This document shows, one piece after another, positions 11,526-25,100 of a stretch of 64,000 bases of DNA; positions within the stretch are counted from its first letter, which is position 1, and every line of letters starts with the position of its first letter. The notes beneath the pieces were generated by a model. That model made no database searches, had not been told where the DNA came from, and worked only from the letters and a program-made list of their open reading frames with translations. This DNA is from Macrostomum hystrix (taxonomy: Eukaryota; Animalia; Platyhelminthes), in contig CATNEN010000029.1 in NCBI GenBank assembly GCA_950097015.1, positions 5,642,001 to 5,706,000 of the forward strand. Direction: 5' to 3'. The translations under genes were made by a program, and so were the position numbers.

Positions 11526-13599
11526 AACCTCTTGTTGAATAAGAATTTTATACTTCTTTAAAAACTGTAAACAGCATTAGCAAGAGACTTGCAATGAAAA
11601 ATTTTTTACATGAAAATTAAAAGACAATAATGTTTTCACAAAATCAAAAAATCTTTAAAGATTTGTATTTGATAAAAAATCTGCCTGGCACAATTATTGT
11701 GGAGAAATATGAATATCCTACAAAAATCATATAAAAATATTTGCTAGACCACCATTATCTAGTATAATATCATGTATCATATGTCATTTATGTTCAATTC
11801 TATGAGATACAAAATTATAAATTGTATTATAAACCTGGTTCTATAACATATTTACTCTAACATGAGATCTAGGGCTTATCTCTTATTAAAACAATAACCA
11901 ACCAGGCTCATTAAAATTTCAATATTCAAATAACTACAAAAAATTACACAAAAAGTGTTCTAACTAAAAATGGAAATCATATAAAAAATAATATAACCTT
12001 ATAACTAAAAATAGCTAAAATAGCTAAAAATTGGCCCTAGATTTTATGTGCACAAAAGCAATATATTTTATTTATAGGCCTAAAACTAATGCAATTTGCG
12101 AAAAGCAATTTAAAAAGCATGCATGAGAAATAAGCAATATAGATAGATAGATAGATAGAGTTACTTATAAGTAATATATAGTAAAAGATAGTCATGCCTT
12201 GCTTAAAGTCATAGTGTGCTATGTCCATAATTCTAGAACTAAACCCAAGGGCCATGGCACTATTGTAGACATGTCCATAAGCAAGCCACAAGTGCATATA
12301 AGGGATACAGTAGCTGTTTATAAAACTGAGTGACGACAGTTATTGCTTACAATGTGCAGGGATCTTAAGATTGTCAAATTGTACTAGGACTAGGTCAAGC
12401 TATTGAAATAATGTTCGTGTGTTCATTTAAACTGTTAATTTCAAAGAATTTTTATGACAATGTTTAGAAATTCCAGCTTGTCCTGATTTGCAGTTTAGGA
12501 TATCCATGTCCATATCCAATTGGAGACATTGTAAATGTATTTTTATACCGAGATAACAGAAACACTAGCTAATATATCTTACAAATACTATATATATATT
12601 ATATATGATATATCTTTCTTAGACATTATGTTATGGCCGTCGTTCACCTAAGTTCCAGCATTATGGCCAAGTGTACGGGCACTGTAGGCCGTGCCCATAA
12701 GTAATACGAACAAATGAATTAGCGTCAGAACAGCATTTTACGTTGGCACTTGAAATAAAGCACATGTGTAAATGTTCATAACATTTTAAGATACATATCA
12801 GAATGTTTCTACTGGCAACGACCAGGAAAACTCGCACAATTTTAGACTACATAAAAAGAGTTAGCCCTCCTGCCAGATAAAAATGTGCTAATCGACGAAG
12901 TATTCATCTGTTTGACATTTTTTGAGGAACTGTAAGTTTTTACTCGATTACATAGGGAGTTCATAAAGTATGATACCCCTGTTCATATCGAAGAAAGAAC
13001 TAAAATAGTGAATTTAAATATCATGTTTACATTACCAGGTAAAACTAAATTTACAATAGACAGGCTAATCAGTTTTTAAAGTCACAAGTTGATTACAATA
13101 AATAAATAAAAAAGTATATTTTTTACACTATGCACAGTAAATTTCAAAGTATATAAGTTTGCAATTTTTCTTAAACTTCTTCACCGATAGAATTCCTAGT
13201 GCAACATTCACATTTTATTGGTTATTATATTATTAGTTAACTTAATAACTTTATATATGTCAATGTAATATTAGTTTGCAAAACAAAAGCAGCTTGCCTG
13301 CGCATATCCATTTCCAAAGTTTTCTCATTTTTGATTCACCTTCAATCCTTTATACGCTGCGCGATCCTCGATTAAGATACCGTTGTTGTTAATATCAATA
13401 GATCAAAAGATATTCCAGGTATTATTAACGTTAAACAAGCAATTAATTTGTCATTTTGGATATTATATGGCTTATATGACAGTACAGCTTATGTAGATAT
13501 GCCACCATATCCATATGCTTTTTGAATAGGCCTAGGCTTTGCTGAACAAGATGGGTTCTGGTCTCTAAGTCGGCCGCCATATTGTGAAAGCCAACAGTC

Positions 13600-13830
13600 G
13601 AGTTGACTTTTTTATATGCAATTGAATTTCTGCACAACGGGTAGCACATTGGACTGATTGTCAATGGCACCAAAGCCTGAACTGGCCACAGAACAGGAAT
13701 AATTACAGACATGACAATAAGCCTTTGTATCATCTTTGTCATCCAGTTGTGGACAGCCAGTTGACAACCATTTACTATCAAATGTTCCCTTGGCCTTCCA
13801 TTCAGGCCAAATAGTTGTGGATCATTATTT
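13600..13830 (-). mobile_element. Degenerate hAT-like transposase N-terminal zinc-finger remnant
   Basis: A frame not in the ORF track reads WKAKGTFDSKWL...DDTKAYCHVCNYSCSVASSGFGAI, resembling BED/TTF-type fingers of hAT transposases. It is interrupted by stops. Confidence 0.4.
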
Positions 13831-14599
13831 TGAGACTGAAAATATTATGTTATAATGATTGCTAATGCTAAGTTGCTATTACAAGATTGTGGTTAAAAAT
13901 ATTAAATGTAGATTTAGATAGGTCTAGAAGGAATGATAAACAATAAGTAGAAGTCCAAATAGACACCTGATAAGTCAGTGTACTATGTATAATACAATAT
14001 TGATTCATAACATATAGTTTATATTTATAATACAACACAATATCAACAAAATAGGAAAAAAAATCTAACAAAGAACAAATTCAAATTCATCAACAAAAAC
14101 TACAGGCCTTTTAAAATCAGAAAAATGCCATTGAGCAATTTTAGAAAAACACAATTTTTTAAAATAAGCAGTGAGTGTAAACACTGGTCCAAAGATTTAA
14201 GATAGCAATTATTTACCTTTAATCTATCTTTTTTACAGATACACACTATATCTACACACAACATTTCATTTATGATATAATTGCATGCTGTCAGAAATGC
14301 TTCCTCCAGAACTCTTTCTTGTCATTTCCTTTGACTCTCCTCTTTTCTCTCTTGCTTACCAATTAGTTAATCAGTACATTTCACTGCACTTTAATTGTTT
14401 CGCCTTCTATTGCCCTCTTAGCCCATAGACTACGCATCCTGCCCGCCCCTTTGTTAACTCAATCATTATCTATGTTTTAAGTCCTTGCTTGGTACGGTTC
14501 CCCTTTAGTTGCTTCTAGTGCACACTAAGCCCACTAGTTCTTCAGTCTAAATGCTTTTCACTTTCTTAACGTTAAATACAAGCAAGGAATTTTGTCCCA

Positions 14600-15011
14600 A
14601 GCGACACATGCCTTTGGATATAAATAATATAGATTATCAAACACTACTACAAGTCGGCTTGTTTGAAACCCGGGTGCGTAATTGTTCCTTGATCTCCTCC
14701 AGAGTTAGAGCACTGTTGTTGTCTAGCAGTTCGGAACAGTACTGTGCCATCTCGATGTCAAATTTTGCATTTCTTCTTCCACCCATCAGTCTTTTCTCCC
14801 TCCTTCCGGAACACACAATTGAGTATGCCGTAGTTCTATTGATATTCAGCAGCCCCGCCAGATGGACGAAGTCTTCGCCGTTTGCGTGTGCATCCAACAG
14901 ACGGGCTCTATCCTCATTCGAAATCGTATTATAGCATACACGGTCCTCTGCATCGTCTTCCTCTTCCACACTGTCGTGCTCCTCTTCGTCCATATGATCA
15001 GCCATTGGCAC
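14600..15011 (-). mobile_element. Tc1/IS630-like transposase fragment (N-terminal paired-like HTH)
   Basis: ISNEDRARLL...LAGLLNINRTTAYSIV...GGRR...LTLEEIKEQL is typical of the DNA-binding region. The frame breaks after CSSV and no catalytic domain is visible. Confidence 0.65.
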
Positions 15012-15396
15012 AGAGCAACAGTTAAACTTAGGCTTTCAAAGGTTCTGCTTTTGTTGCATTAGCTTTTAAGTTGTCTAATTTGAAAATCGTTTTTTCGAGC
15101 TTGTTACCCCTTTTTGCCATAGACAAAACACACCCTGCCATGGCGTGTTGAACTTGAATGATGGCTGGCGAACTTGAACTGATAGTTGTCTAAGTTGAAT
15201 GCCGCGTCGACTGCGATTACCATAGAGTGGCTAACTTGAATGAGACTTGGCTAAGCTGATTGGCAAAACGTTGAATTTGACTGGAGAAAGGTGTATCATA
15301 CATTATAATTTACTCTTTTTTTGTTAATTTGTTAATCTTATCAGTCATCTCTCGTCTCATATTCATTTTCAGGGCCGTCTGCTGATATTCTGCTAA

Positions 15397-18211
15397 ATGG
15401 AAAGCACAGGTAAATAGTATAGAAAAATAGTAGTTTGATACTGGGTTGATATTGGTGAAAAAATAGTAGAAGATTTGTCTTTATCCCAGCCGGCGCAGGC
15501 ACCACTGTACTGCGCGTGCTCTCCTGGAACACCGAAGGCCTCAATCAAGAGCAGCTGTCTGCCCGCACAGAGGCCGTAGCTGCGTGCATCCTGGCTCACG
15601 ATGTTGACGTTGCCCTGCTGCAGGAGGTGGTGCCGGCCAGCTTTGACCAGCTACTGCAACGCTTAGCCAACTATCGCCTGCTGCCTGGCGGCCACACCGA
15701 TCACTATTTTGTTGCCACGCTGATTAAAGACTCGCTGCAATGCCTTGATTGCCGAGTATTGCCTTTAGATAATTCTCGCATGGGTCGCTGCCTGCTAGCC
15801 TGCAGTGTTCAACTAGGTGACCGGCAGGCCCGCCTGTTCAACTGCCACCTGGAGTCTGGCGCTTCTCAGGCTGTTCAACGGCGCGCCCAGTTGGTCACCT
15901 GTCTGCGCGCCATCGCTTCGTCTACTGCCGGACCGCGCTGCCTACTTGGTGAGCGAGAGAAACTTTTCTTTAGGATTAACGACAGGACTAAACAAAAGCC
16001 GATTCACTGTTCAACAATAACATCAAATTAGAGGTCTCGCTGTTTATATAATTTCTTAAATAAATACTTCAAATCTTAAACTGTCTCTTACAGAATCGCC
16101 CCCAAATCTTACAGGATCGCCCGAACTCTAACAAGATCGCCCCAACTCAATCAGGATCGCCCCAAATCGTCCAAATATTAGGAAATCGCTCCAACATCCT
16201 AGGGAATCGCTCCAACATCCTAGGGAATCGCTCCAACATCCTAGGGAATCGCTCCAACATCCTAGAGAATCGCTCCAACATCCTAGGGAATCGCTCCAAC
16301 ATCCTAGGGAATCGCTTTAACATCCTAGAGAATCGCTTTAACATCCTAGGGAATCGCTCCAACATCCTAGGGAATCGCTCCAACATCCTAGGGAATCGCT
16401 TTAACATCCTAGAGAATCGCTTTAACATCCTAGGGAATCGCTCCAACATCCTAGGGAATCGCTCCAACATCCTAGGGAATCGCTCCAACATCCTAGAGAA
16501 TCGCTCCAACATCCTAGGGAATCGCTCCAACATCCTAGGGAATCGCTTTAACATCCTAGAGAATCGCTTTAACATCCTAGGGAATCGCTCCAACATCCTA
16601 GGGAATCGCTCCAACATCCTAGGGAATCGCTTTAACATCCTAGAGAATCGCTTTAACATCCTAGGGAATCGCTCCAACATCCTAGAGAATCGCTTTAACA
16701 TCCTAGGGAATCGCTCCAACATCCTAGAGAATCGCTTTAACATCCTAGGGAATCGCTCCAACATCCTAGGGAATCGCTCCAACATCCTAGAGAATCGCTC
16801 CAACATCCTAGGGAATCGCTTTAACATCCTAGGGAATCGCTCCAACATCCTAGGGAATCGCTCCAACATCCTAGGGAATCGCTCCAACATCCTAGGGAAT
16901 CGCTCCAACATCCTAGGGAATCACTCCAACATCCTAGGGAATCACTCCAACATCCTAGAGAATCGCTCCAACATCCTAGGGAATCGCTCCAACATCCTAG
17001 GGAATCGCTTTAACATCCTAGGGAATCGCTCCAACATCCTAGGGAATCGCTCCAACATCCTAGGGAATCGCTCCAACATCCTAGGGAATCGCTCCAACAT
17101 CCTAGGGAATCGCTCCAACATCCTAGGGAATCGCTCCAACATCCTAGGGAATCGCTCCAACATCCTAGGGAATCGCTCCAACATCCTAGAGAATCGCTCC
17201 AACATCCTAGGGAATCGCTCCAACATCCTAGGGAATCGCTCCAACATCCTAGAGAATCGCTCCAACATCCTAGGGAATCGCTTTAACATCCTAGGGAATC
17301 GCTCCAACATCCTAGGGAATCGCTCCAACATCCTAGGGAATCGCTCCAACATCCTAGGGAATCGCTTTAACATCCTAGGGAATCGCTTTAACATCCTAGG
17401 GAATCGCTTTAACATCCTAGGGAATCGCTTTAACATCCTAGGGAATCGCTCCAACATCCTAGGGAATCGCTTTAACATCCTAGGGAATCGCTCCAACATC
17501 CTAGGGAATCGCTCCAACATCCTAGGGAATCGCTCCAACATCCTAGGGAATCGCTTTAACATCCTAGGGAATCGCTCCAACATCCTAGGGAATCGCTCCA
17601 ACATCCTAGGGAATCGCTCCAACATCCTAGGGAATCACTCCAACATCCTAGGGAATCACTCCAACATCCTAGGGAATCGCTCCAACATCCTAGGGAATCG
17701 CTCCAACATCCTAGGGAATCGCTCCAACATCCTAGGGAATCGCTCCAACATCCTAGGGAATCGCTCCAACATCCTAGGGAATCGCTCCAACATCCTAGGG
17801 AATCGCTCCAACATCCTAGGGAATCGCTTTAACATTCTAGGGAATAGCATAAACAATGCATTCCTAATTGGCTTATTCGCATCACTAGGCGGTGATTTGA
17901 ACATCCTGTGTAGCGACGAGTTGAAAACAGTCGGCGGCCTTCCAGACGGTGTATTGGACGCATGGGAAGCTAGCGGCAGGCCGAAAGGTGAAAAGTACAC
18001 CTGGGATGCTTCCAAGAATGTTAACGCCAGCCGGAGATGCGGACGCCGTTGCATCGGCCGACTATTGCGGTCCAGCTACAGGCCAGATCGCCTGCTAGTC
18101 CGCGGCATGGCCGTTGATCGATTTCAACTGTGCGGACGCGACCGACCCCCGGGTCTTCAGCTGCACACCTCCGATCACTACGGACTGCTGGCAACGCTGT
18201 CACTAGACTGA
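15397..18211 (+). CDS. TDP2: Tyrosyl-DNA phosphodiesterase 2; exons 15397-15409, 15490-15948, 17889-18211
   Basis: EEP-nuclease motifs SWN, LQEV, HLES, GDLN (formed across the splice CLLG|GDLN), TWD, DR and SDH. GT-AG junctions are in compatible phase. Confidence 0.88.
16185..17840. repeat. 21-bp tandem array (CTCCAACATCCTAGGGAATCG), ~79 copies, in TDP2 intron 2
   Basis: Unit is directly visible. The MLERFPR-repeat ORFs are its translation. Confidence 0.97.
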
Positions 18212-20085
18212 TGCGGGGAATCATTACGAATACGGAGAACTGTCCTATCAATAGCTGACAAGAACTGATTGCTTAGATACCAATAGCTAATTTCACTATA
18301 GATTGCTTTTGCTCGATGCTTTTTGTTTTACCGCTGCCATTTAACTGACAACAATATGGCCTCTGAGTCTAGTTTTGGATTTCAAAGAATAACAGAGCTA
18401 ACATTGATCATTCCTACAGAGCTTTGTTAATGGGTTTTAACAATAGCCATGCAGCTTCAGTGGCTCCGAAAATGGTTAAGCTTTGGCTATTGTTTGCCAT
18501 CCTAATTGTTATAGGTTCCCCATAGGCTGGCGGGCTTCATCAGAATTCTATTTGTTTTTCTATTGTTCATCGTCGGCTCAGCTAGTTTTTTAGTCTATCA
18601 TCAAGATTTCCTACCCAGGAGCAAGTTAGAGTGATTTTCTTAAAGTAACAAGAGCTTGTCATTTCTGTTTGCCTGCCTTCGTTAAGAAAACAAAGTTGCT
18701 AATTGTTTTCTTGGATATAAAAATATCGGATTTCTTATGCCAGATGCTCTGTCAGTTGTGTATATATAGTATAGTTTTACCTTTCATTGTATTTAATAAC
18801 TCATTTATAAAGCCTCTCCCTGTTTGAGCTTATTCTCAGTTTTTTTAGAAACTGGTGGTGCATAAATCAAGAATTTAGTTTTCATTGTACATAACGGGTG
18901 ATTACAGGAGCTACAGTTACAGGAGCATATTTAGTAAATTGCTCCTAGATGTAGCTTATTTTTCCCCTTTGTGTGTGCAAACCGTTTGCTGTGGATTATT
19001 TTTTGCATAGTTCTATAGTTGTTTGAAAAAAGCTTTGTTTTAAACAAATAGGAATATATAAATCTGTTCTATTTTAAATACTGGTGCAAATCCTAATAAA
19101 AGCTTGTACAAAGCATATTTATATGAAAAGCTAATACACTAATTAAATTCGTTATTCGTGATTTTATTTTAACAGAATATGAATAATTATGGAATGAATG
19201 AATAAATTACATAAAAAGTATCTATAACAATAATCCTAAAAAATGTTTAACACAATAAACTGATCGGCTGATAAAAATCAATAATGATTTTGTACATTTG
19301 TATAGCATATATAAAACACAATGGGCTATCAAAATGACAAAGCTAACACAATATTGAGTAACTATTTTAGCGGTGACATACAGAGTAAACTGATCAATTG
19401 GGGAAAGATGTTGCACAATCCCTTCTATTGTTCTGTACTCTGACTGCACCCGAACGGAGCAACGCAAGCAAACGAAACTCAAGAACACGGGCCAAACTTT
19501 TTGTTGCGCATCTTCTGAAACAATAATCAAGTCGACAGCTCTTCCCACCGTCAAGATATTCAACGATTCTGGCCGAAGGTCGGATTTTTCCTATAAGCGC
19601 TAGTGTATTTCATACACCCCTATACACGAATTAGCACTGCGCCTCAGTGCGGCCTTGCCAGGCCATCAACATTGATCAGCATGTCACCCGAATGTACCTG
19701 CATCATCTCCGTCTTCGGTGGTCACCTACCTTTATCTAGACGGACTGCTAGACCTTCAAGGGCTACAATAGGTAGAACAAAGCAACTATGGACACCCTGA
19801 CGCGAGTTCCTCCAATTTCACTGATCAAGTCTAAATACGAGTACTAGGCGCAGCTCAACCTCAGGACACCCTCGCCTAGTCTGTCAACCAACTCTGTTAG
19901 CATTCAGGCGCTGCCAAAAATTCTCATGGGTGGGGCAATGTGTATAAAAAAACTGGCGGCAAAACGTCAATTATTAATTATTAGAGTGCTAATATGGAAT
20001 CGGATCTGCCCAATCCAAGGCCTTCAATAACATACACGAATGCCTGGGCACTGCTCCTCTTACTCAATTTCAATAGAAAAGTAGG

Positions 20086-22184
20086 TCACATGCACACCAT
20101 TTCATTGTCAAGGTGTTTCCGAGTCAGATTGGGCACCTCGGCATTGTCCGCAGCGTAGCCTAGTGGCAGCAGCAGGTGCACCTTCTCGTTGGGGGGCCGG
20201 CCGAGCAGGCGGCGCAGGGCCGGGCCGGCGTTCATCGGGGTGCTGGTGAGGGTGCACAATCCTACATTCTGCACAGCGGCTAGGAATAAGCCAGCCGAGA
20301 TGCTCACGGAGATCTCCGAGTAGTAGTGCTGACGCTTCTCTTCCTGGCCGCGTCGCCAGCCGTGCGCCTTTTAGGTTAGAAAGAGAGTGTGTACAGTGCC
20401 TGTGACTGCTAACATGGTAATCCATTTTTGCTTCCCTTAGGTTACAATTCGAATTTCAAACCTCTCTTACTGTCAGGCTCAGAAGTATAAGTTCAATTAA
20501 AAAACAGTATAGTGTTGTATTTTTGGTTTTGCCAACAAAATATAAATTATGAAGCGCGTGGTTTTAAGCCGACAAGCATTTCCCATCTCAAATGGCCCTT
20601 CTCTTCTCAGATAACCGATAGATTCGAACTCCCGACCACATATTCGAGGTTAGTCGAAATCGGGACCCGTTGAAATTTCATTTCTCTCTACAGGGCCACT
20701 CAATATCTAGTGCAAGATTTAGCAACCTTATCGGGGGTCGGTGGCAGACCGGTCTAACACTTTTGACTCTCGCACCAAGGTCCCTGAGCTCGATTCCGCA
20801 GCGACACCACATTTATTTGGGGCGCAGCAGCGGAGAGAAGGCTTAGGGGGCTTGTCGTGCAATTTGCGCCCTTGAGGGCCAACCTCCAAGGCACAGTGAG
20901 AGTGTACACTGCCTGATAATGAGAAAGTCAGGGCAGATGTACACACCTGTGTGATCGTATGTCTGCGTACAGTATCTGTGTGCGTGTGTGCTCAGGAGTT
21001 TGCGAAATTTGCAGAATTGCCTCCTCGCTGGCTGCAGGGTCTAGTGTCACCAAATGATGTGTCATTGCCCACAGCCCTCCTGCAATTATTATTAATATTA
21101 TTAGCAACCTAATCTACATTTATGAAGAGAATCGCAAGGTCTAATGCCTACAGCAGCTCACCTGACGCATTAGCACAACAATGACAGGAGCCTCAGTCAG
21201 GTAGGGCTTCTCCCAGGTGGTGCGCAGCTTGGCCAAATCGGCTTTCCAAGCCGGCCCCATCCGCCTGGCGTAGTTAATCTCCTCCTCCTCTTCCACAATG
21301 TCCCGAATGCGCCGCTTAATGGCCGGATTAGTGACACACACGTAGGTCCACGGCTCAGTGTGGGCCCCGCTTGGGGATGTGCCAGCTGAGCGGACGAGAA
21401 GCTTCAATAGTTCGGCGTCCACCGGGCGGTCGCTAAACTGGCGACAGGAGCGGCGCTGGTTCAGAATGTCGAAGAATGCCTGCGCTCGATTTAGCATCTC
21501 GGACTCTGGATAGGTGATATTCGAGTAAGGCAGCATGCCTCGGTCCGCCTCGTCGTCTTCGCCCAGATCATCCAGCTGGCCTTCATCGATATCTGCCTCA
21601 TTCTCTTTCTCGTGAACCTCGTCATCACCGGAGTCATCTTCGCTGTCTCGATTGATGACTCGATCGGTGACAGCTTTGCCGAGCGACTCGACGGCGGAAC
21701 GTCCGACCGGCCGCCTCCTGAGCTCAGTCTGAGGCGCCTCCTCCAAAGTGGGAGACCGTTTCTTCCGCTGCAGCTGCTGCTGTTGCTGTCCGCTGTTTTT
21801 GGTTTCCTGTTGTTCCTCCTCAGACTTATCTTCGTCAGTTTCGTCTCCATGGCCGTTCAACATTTGTTCGAATAGTTTGCGCTCCAACTCTTCAATTCGC
21901 TTCCTCTCCGCTGAAGCTGCGTCACCCAGATCCTTCTGAGCCGATGCCGACTGTTTGCCCTTCTGCTTTTTAGGTGCGGGGCCAAATGGTAGTTCGCCGG
22001 GCATTGGGATCGAGGATGGGCCACTGCGGTAGCTTGGCATGAAGCGCTCGTCCATAGGCACATTTGGCATTGTCTTGCGCTGCTGGAACACCTGCATCAC
22101 TATGAAGCCAATTAGGGCACCCAGCACAGCCTGTATGGTGGTGGAGTCCTTGAATATACTCCACAGTGTGTACACATCTGGCAT
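20086..22184 (-). CDS. IYD: Iodotyrosine deiodinase (nitroreductase superfamily); exons 22184-21162 and 20367-20086
   Basis: N-terminal TM anchor and acidic linker, then RRSCRQFS, SPSGAHTEPWT, EEEEINY..RM, W.KPYL, HYY.EISVSI.AG, TSTPMNAGP. Phase-0 intron CAG|GTGAGC...AAAAG|GCG. Confidence 0.93.
20733..21105 (+). mobile_element. tRNA-derived SINE family A, near full-length copy 2, in the IYD intron
   Basis: GGTGGCAGACCGG (box A-like), GAGCTCGATTCC (box B-like), ~370 bp, ending GCAATTATTATTAATATTATT. Confidence 0.88.
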
Positions 22185-25100
22185 GGCTGGTTTAGTGGCT
22201 AGAAAAAAAAACAATTGTTAGACAGTTAGTTTTTTGAAACAATTGACAAATAAATCACAAAAATGTAAAATAAAATCCTGTGTAGCATATTGTAATGGTG
22301 AATTTGAGAAAATATTGTTCTGCTTCACAACAAGCTAGTTCTAGAGTAGATTTTATTTTAGAGTACTCACCATTCTAATTGATAAAATAAATTTTGACTG
22401 AAGCAGAATTTTTACAAGGCCCTAAAAATGTATTCTATGTCATATAGTAAGTAATACGAGTACAATTTTGTATAAGCCATATAAAAAATATGGAGCCTAC
22501 AAATGACATTAAGGATATATTAACTAGTCAGATTTTAATAGTTTCTTTTCTATATATTCTATTATTCAATGTTTTCATTTAAAAAAAGGTAAATGTGGTC
22601 ATCTTCTATTTTTAACCACAACAATTTTGACAGATCCTATCATTCCTGCTTCAAAAGTTTTACTATTGGCTAAATATCTGCTGTATTATATTTTTTAAGA
22701 AAGAAACCATTTGAAAGTAACTAGCTATACTATTATAGAACAAAATAGGCCTAGTGTCTAAGTCTTAAGACCATGACCATCAAGATCAGTTCAGTGGGAT
22801 TTAAACAATAAAATATCATAAGTATAGTAATGACTTTATATAATTGCTGAATAATAATAGTAAATTGTATAAGTTTGTGAATACAACATAACACATGATG
22901 CTAATAAAAGTTTATGCTATTTTGCTAAAGTACAATATTACATTGCTCTAATACATAGTAGCATTGTAGCACCAGTACTAATTATCTTCTTGTAAATTTT
23001 TCTAAGTTCCTTAATTAGGACAGTAAGAGCAAGGGTTAAAGCTCTGCAATCAGCACCTGAGTGCAGCTGAATCCAATGATATAATAAATGACCCAAATGG
23101 GTTTTTCTAAAGGTTGCTGAGTCTGAGTGATGAATTGACAACTTATGGGTATATTTTTATGTTGGAAAAGTCAATTTAATATGTGGTTCAAACACTGAGC
23201 GCTCGGCCTACATCCTTATTCATGATGTTATGTCTTATGTCTGTCAGACTAATAGACTATTTTTGTCATAATAATTATAAATTTACACTATACAAACATT
23301 ACACTAATAATTATCGCACTTGTTCATAACATAATCCATCGAATATCAACGCCTAAAAACTGAGAGACACACAGACCGCTTCCCTAATTAGGCTTACGAT
23401 ATAGTTGTTTTAAATATGACTACATATTTATCATATAGGGACATATAGACATCAACATAGACATAGTGCAGGTTTTAAGTTCCAAAAATTGTTGCTCTTT
23501 TCTGTCCTTTCTATGAAAATTCTAATTTCAAATCATAGTTAATATTAACAAAGCTGAAAAATATATGTACACGATAATACTTTGATAAAAAGGAAATATC
23601 GAATCCATATGTTGCACTTAATCAATTCATTTGTCAGCACTCTGATTTCAAATACATAGTGCTCAATACTTTAACCTGCGCGAGTCGTGCATGCTCTAGA
23701 TATTTTATTATAGCGACTCACATTGAACATCGATTAAACTTACGGTGCATACACTGCTAATATTTTATTTCTAAGCGATTTAAAAAACAGGAATTTATTA
23801 GATTACTACCACCAAGAACCACTACGAATAGAAGATTTTCTTCTAGTGGTCCTTGACTACGACATGTACAGTACGCGCCGTCACGACAGTGACTCACAAA
23901 ATGATGGGAGTATAATCTATGTAAACTACTCAAAGGCGAGGTTTCCAGCCACATAGGGGAACCGCGATCCAGATCCTGGCCATCAGACGCGTCATCGAAG
24001 ACGCTTGTGTCCATATGCACCAACTGCCACGATCCGGTCAAAATCAATAGTGGACTGCCGCAAGGCCTTCGACTTGGTGGCGACGTGCGTCATCCGCACA
24101 TTCTTGAGCCACTCTCCCCTCCAATTTATCAGTGAACGTGCCAGCTATGGTGCTCTTAAATGTTCAACATTTAAGCTGTGTTATCACTCACGTAAATCGG
24201 AACCATTTCAGAACTTCTCTAAGACTTCCCGAGAGAATCTCGGGCTTCTCTAAGGCGACACCTCTCAGCTCCATTCCTGTTTGTGCTATCCTCGATTGAA
24301 TAGGTGGACGGCTTCCTTCTGCTCAGAAAAACGCGCAGCCGCCACCCTGAGAAGCGTCTGTCACTGCCGAGCTACGCGGAAAACCTGACACGTGTGCTCC
24401 AACAGTGGAGGGAGCGCTGAAGATATAACTGTGCGTGCAAGCTCCCGACTGTCAAATTGCACCTGGCTGCTGATTTTCTAATGGTCGAACAGTCGTTGAC
24501 ACGTACCTCGCTGCTCGACTTTCAAGCAATCGTAAATCGCTGTTCGAAAATAAAGGTCTTGCAGTCCATCTGCCTTAGTCCTCCGCAGCGCCACTCTGGA
24601 CAGAACCACCTCCGGGCTCGACTGTTTCTGGCTATTGTCGAAAGGGTCCTACAATGCAGATATCTAGACAGTGAAATCGGTCCTTAGGAGCGCTGCAGCC
24701 TTTTTTAGAGGATGAGCATCAGTAACTGAATAGTGATATAACCTCGAGTACAGTCAGCCAAAATACAGACAGCAATTAAGGCAGATTGCCTTTATATCTC
24801 ATATAAAGATATATATCTCACACTGCAGGTTCTTCCATAACAATTACCGCGCGGATTCCATTATTTCCTAATTATAAGGGACTCAACATGTGCAGCGATG
24901 ATGTTGGATTGAGACAAAATCAACAGTGAAGTTTTCTGAACTGCAGTGGTGAAATTTGATTAAAAATCAATTGGAAGCACAGCTGAGCAACTTCGCTTCG
25001 CAGTTCGATACCCACTGGGCTGTTCGCGACGGGCTGTGTCTAGGGGTTTTCGCCACGAGCGCGAATTAATCTCAGCGCCTTCTGGCCCAAAAGTTCCTAT

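Noticed and set aside
16147-18054. MLERFPR-repeat ORFs
   Set aside because: Translation of the 21-bp intronic array of TDP2.
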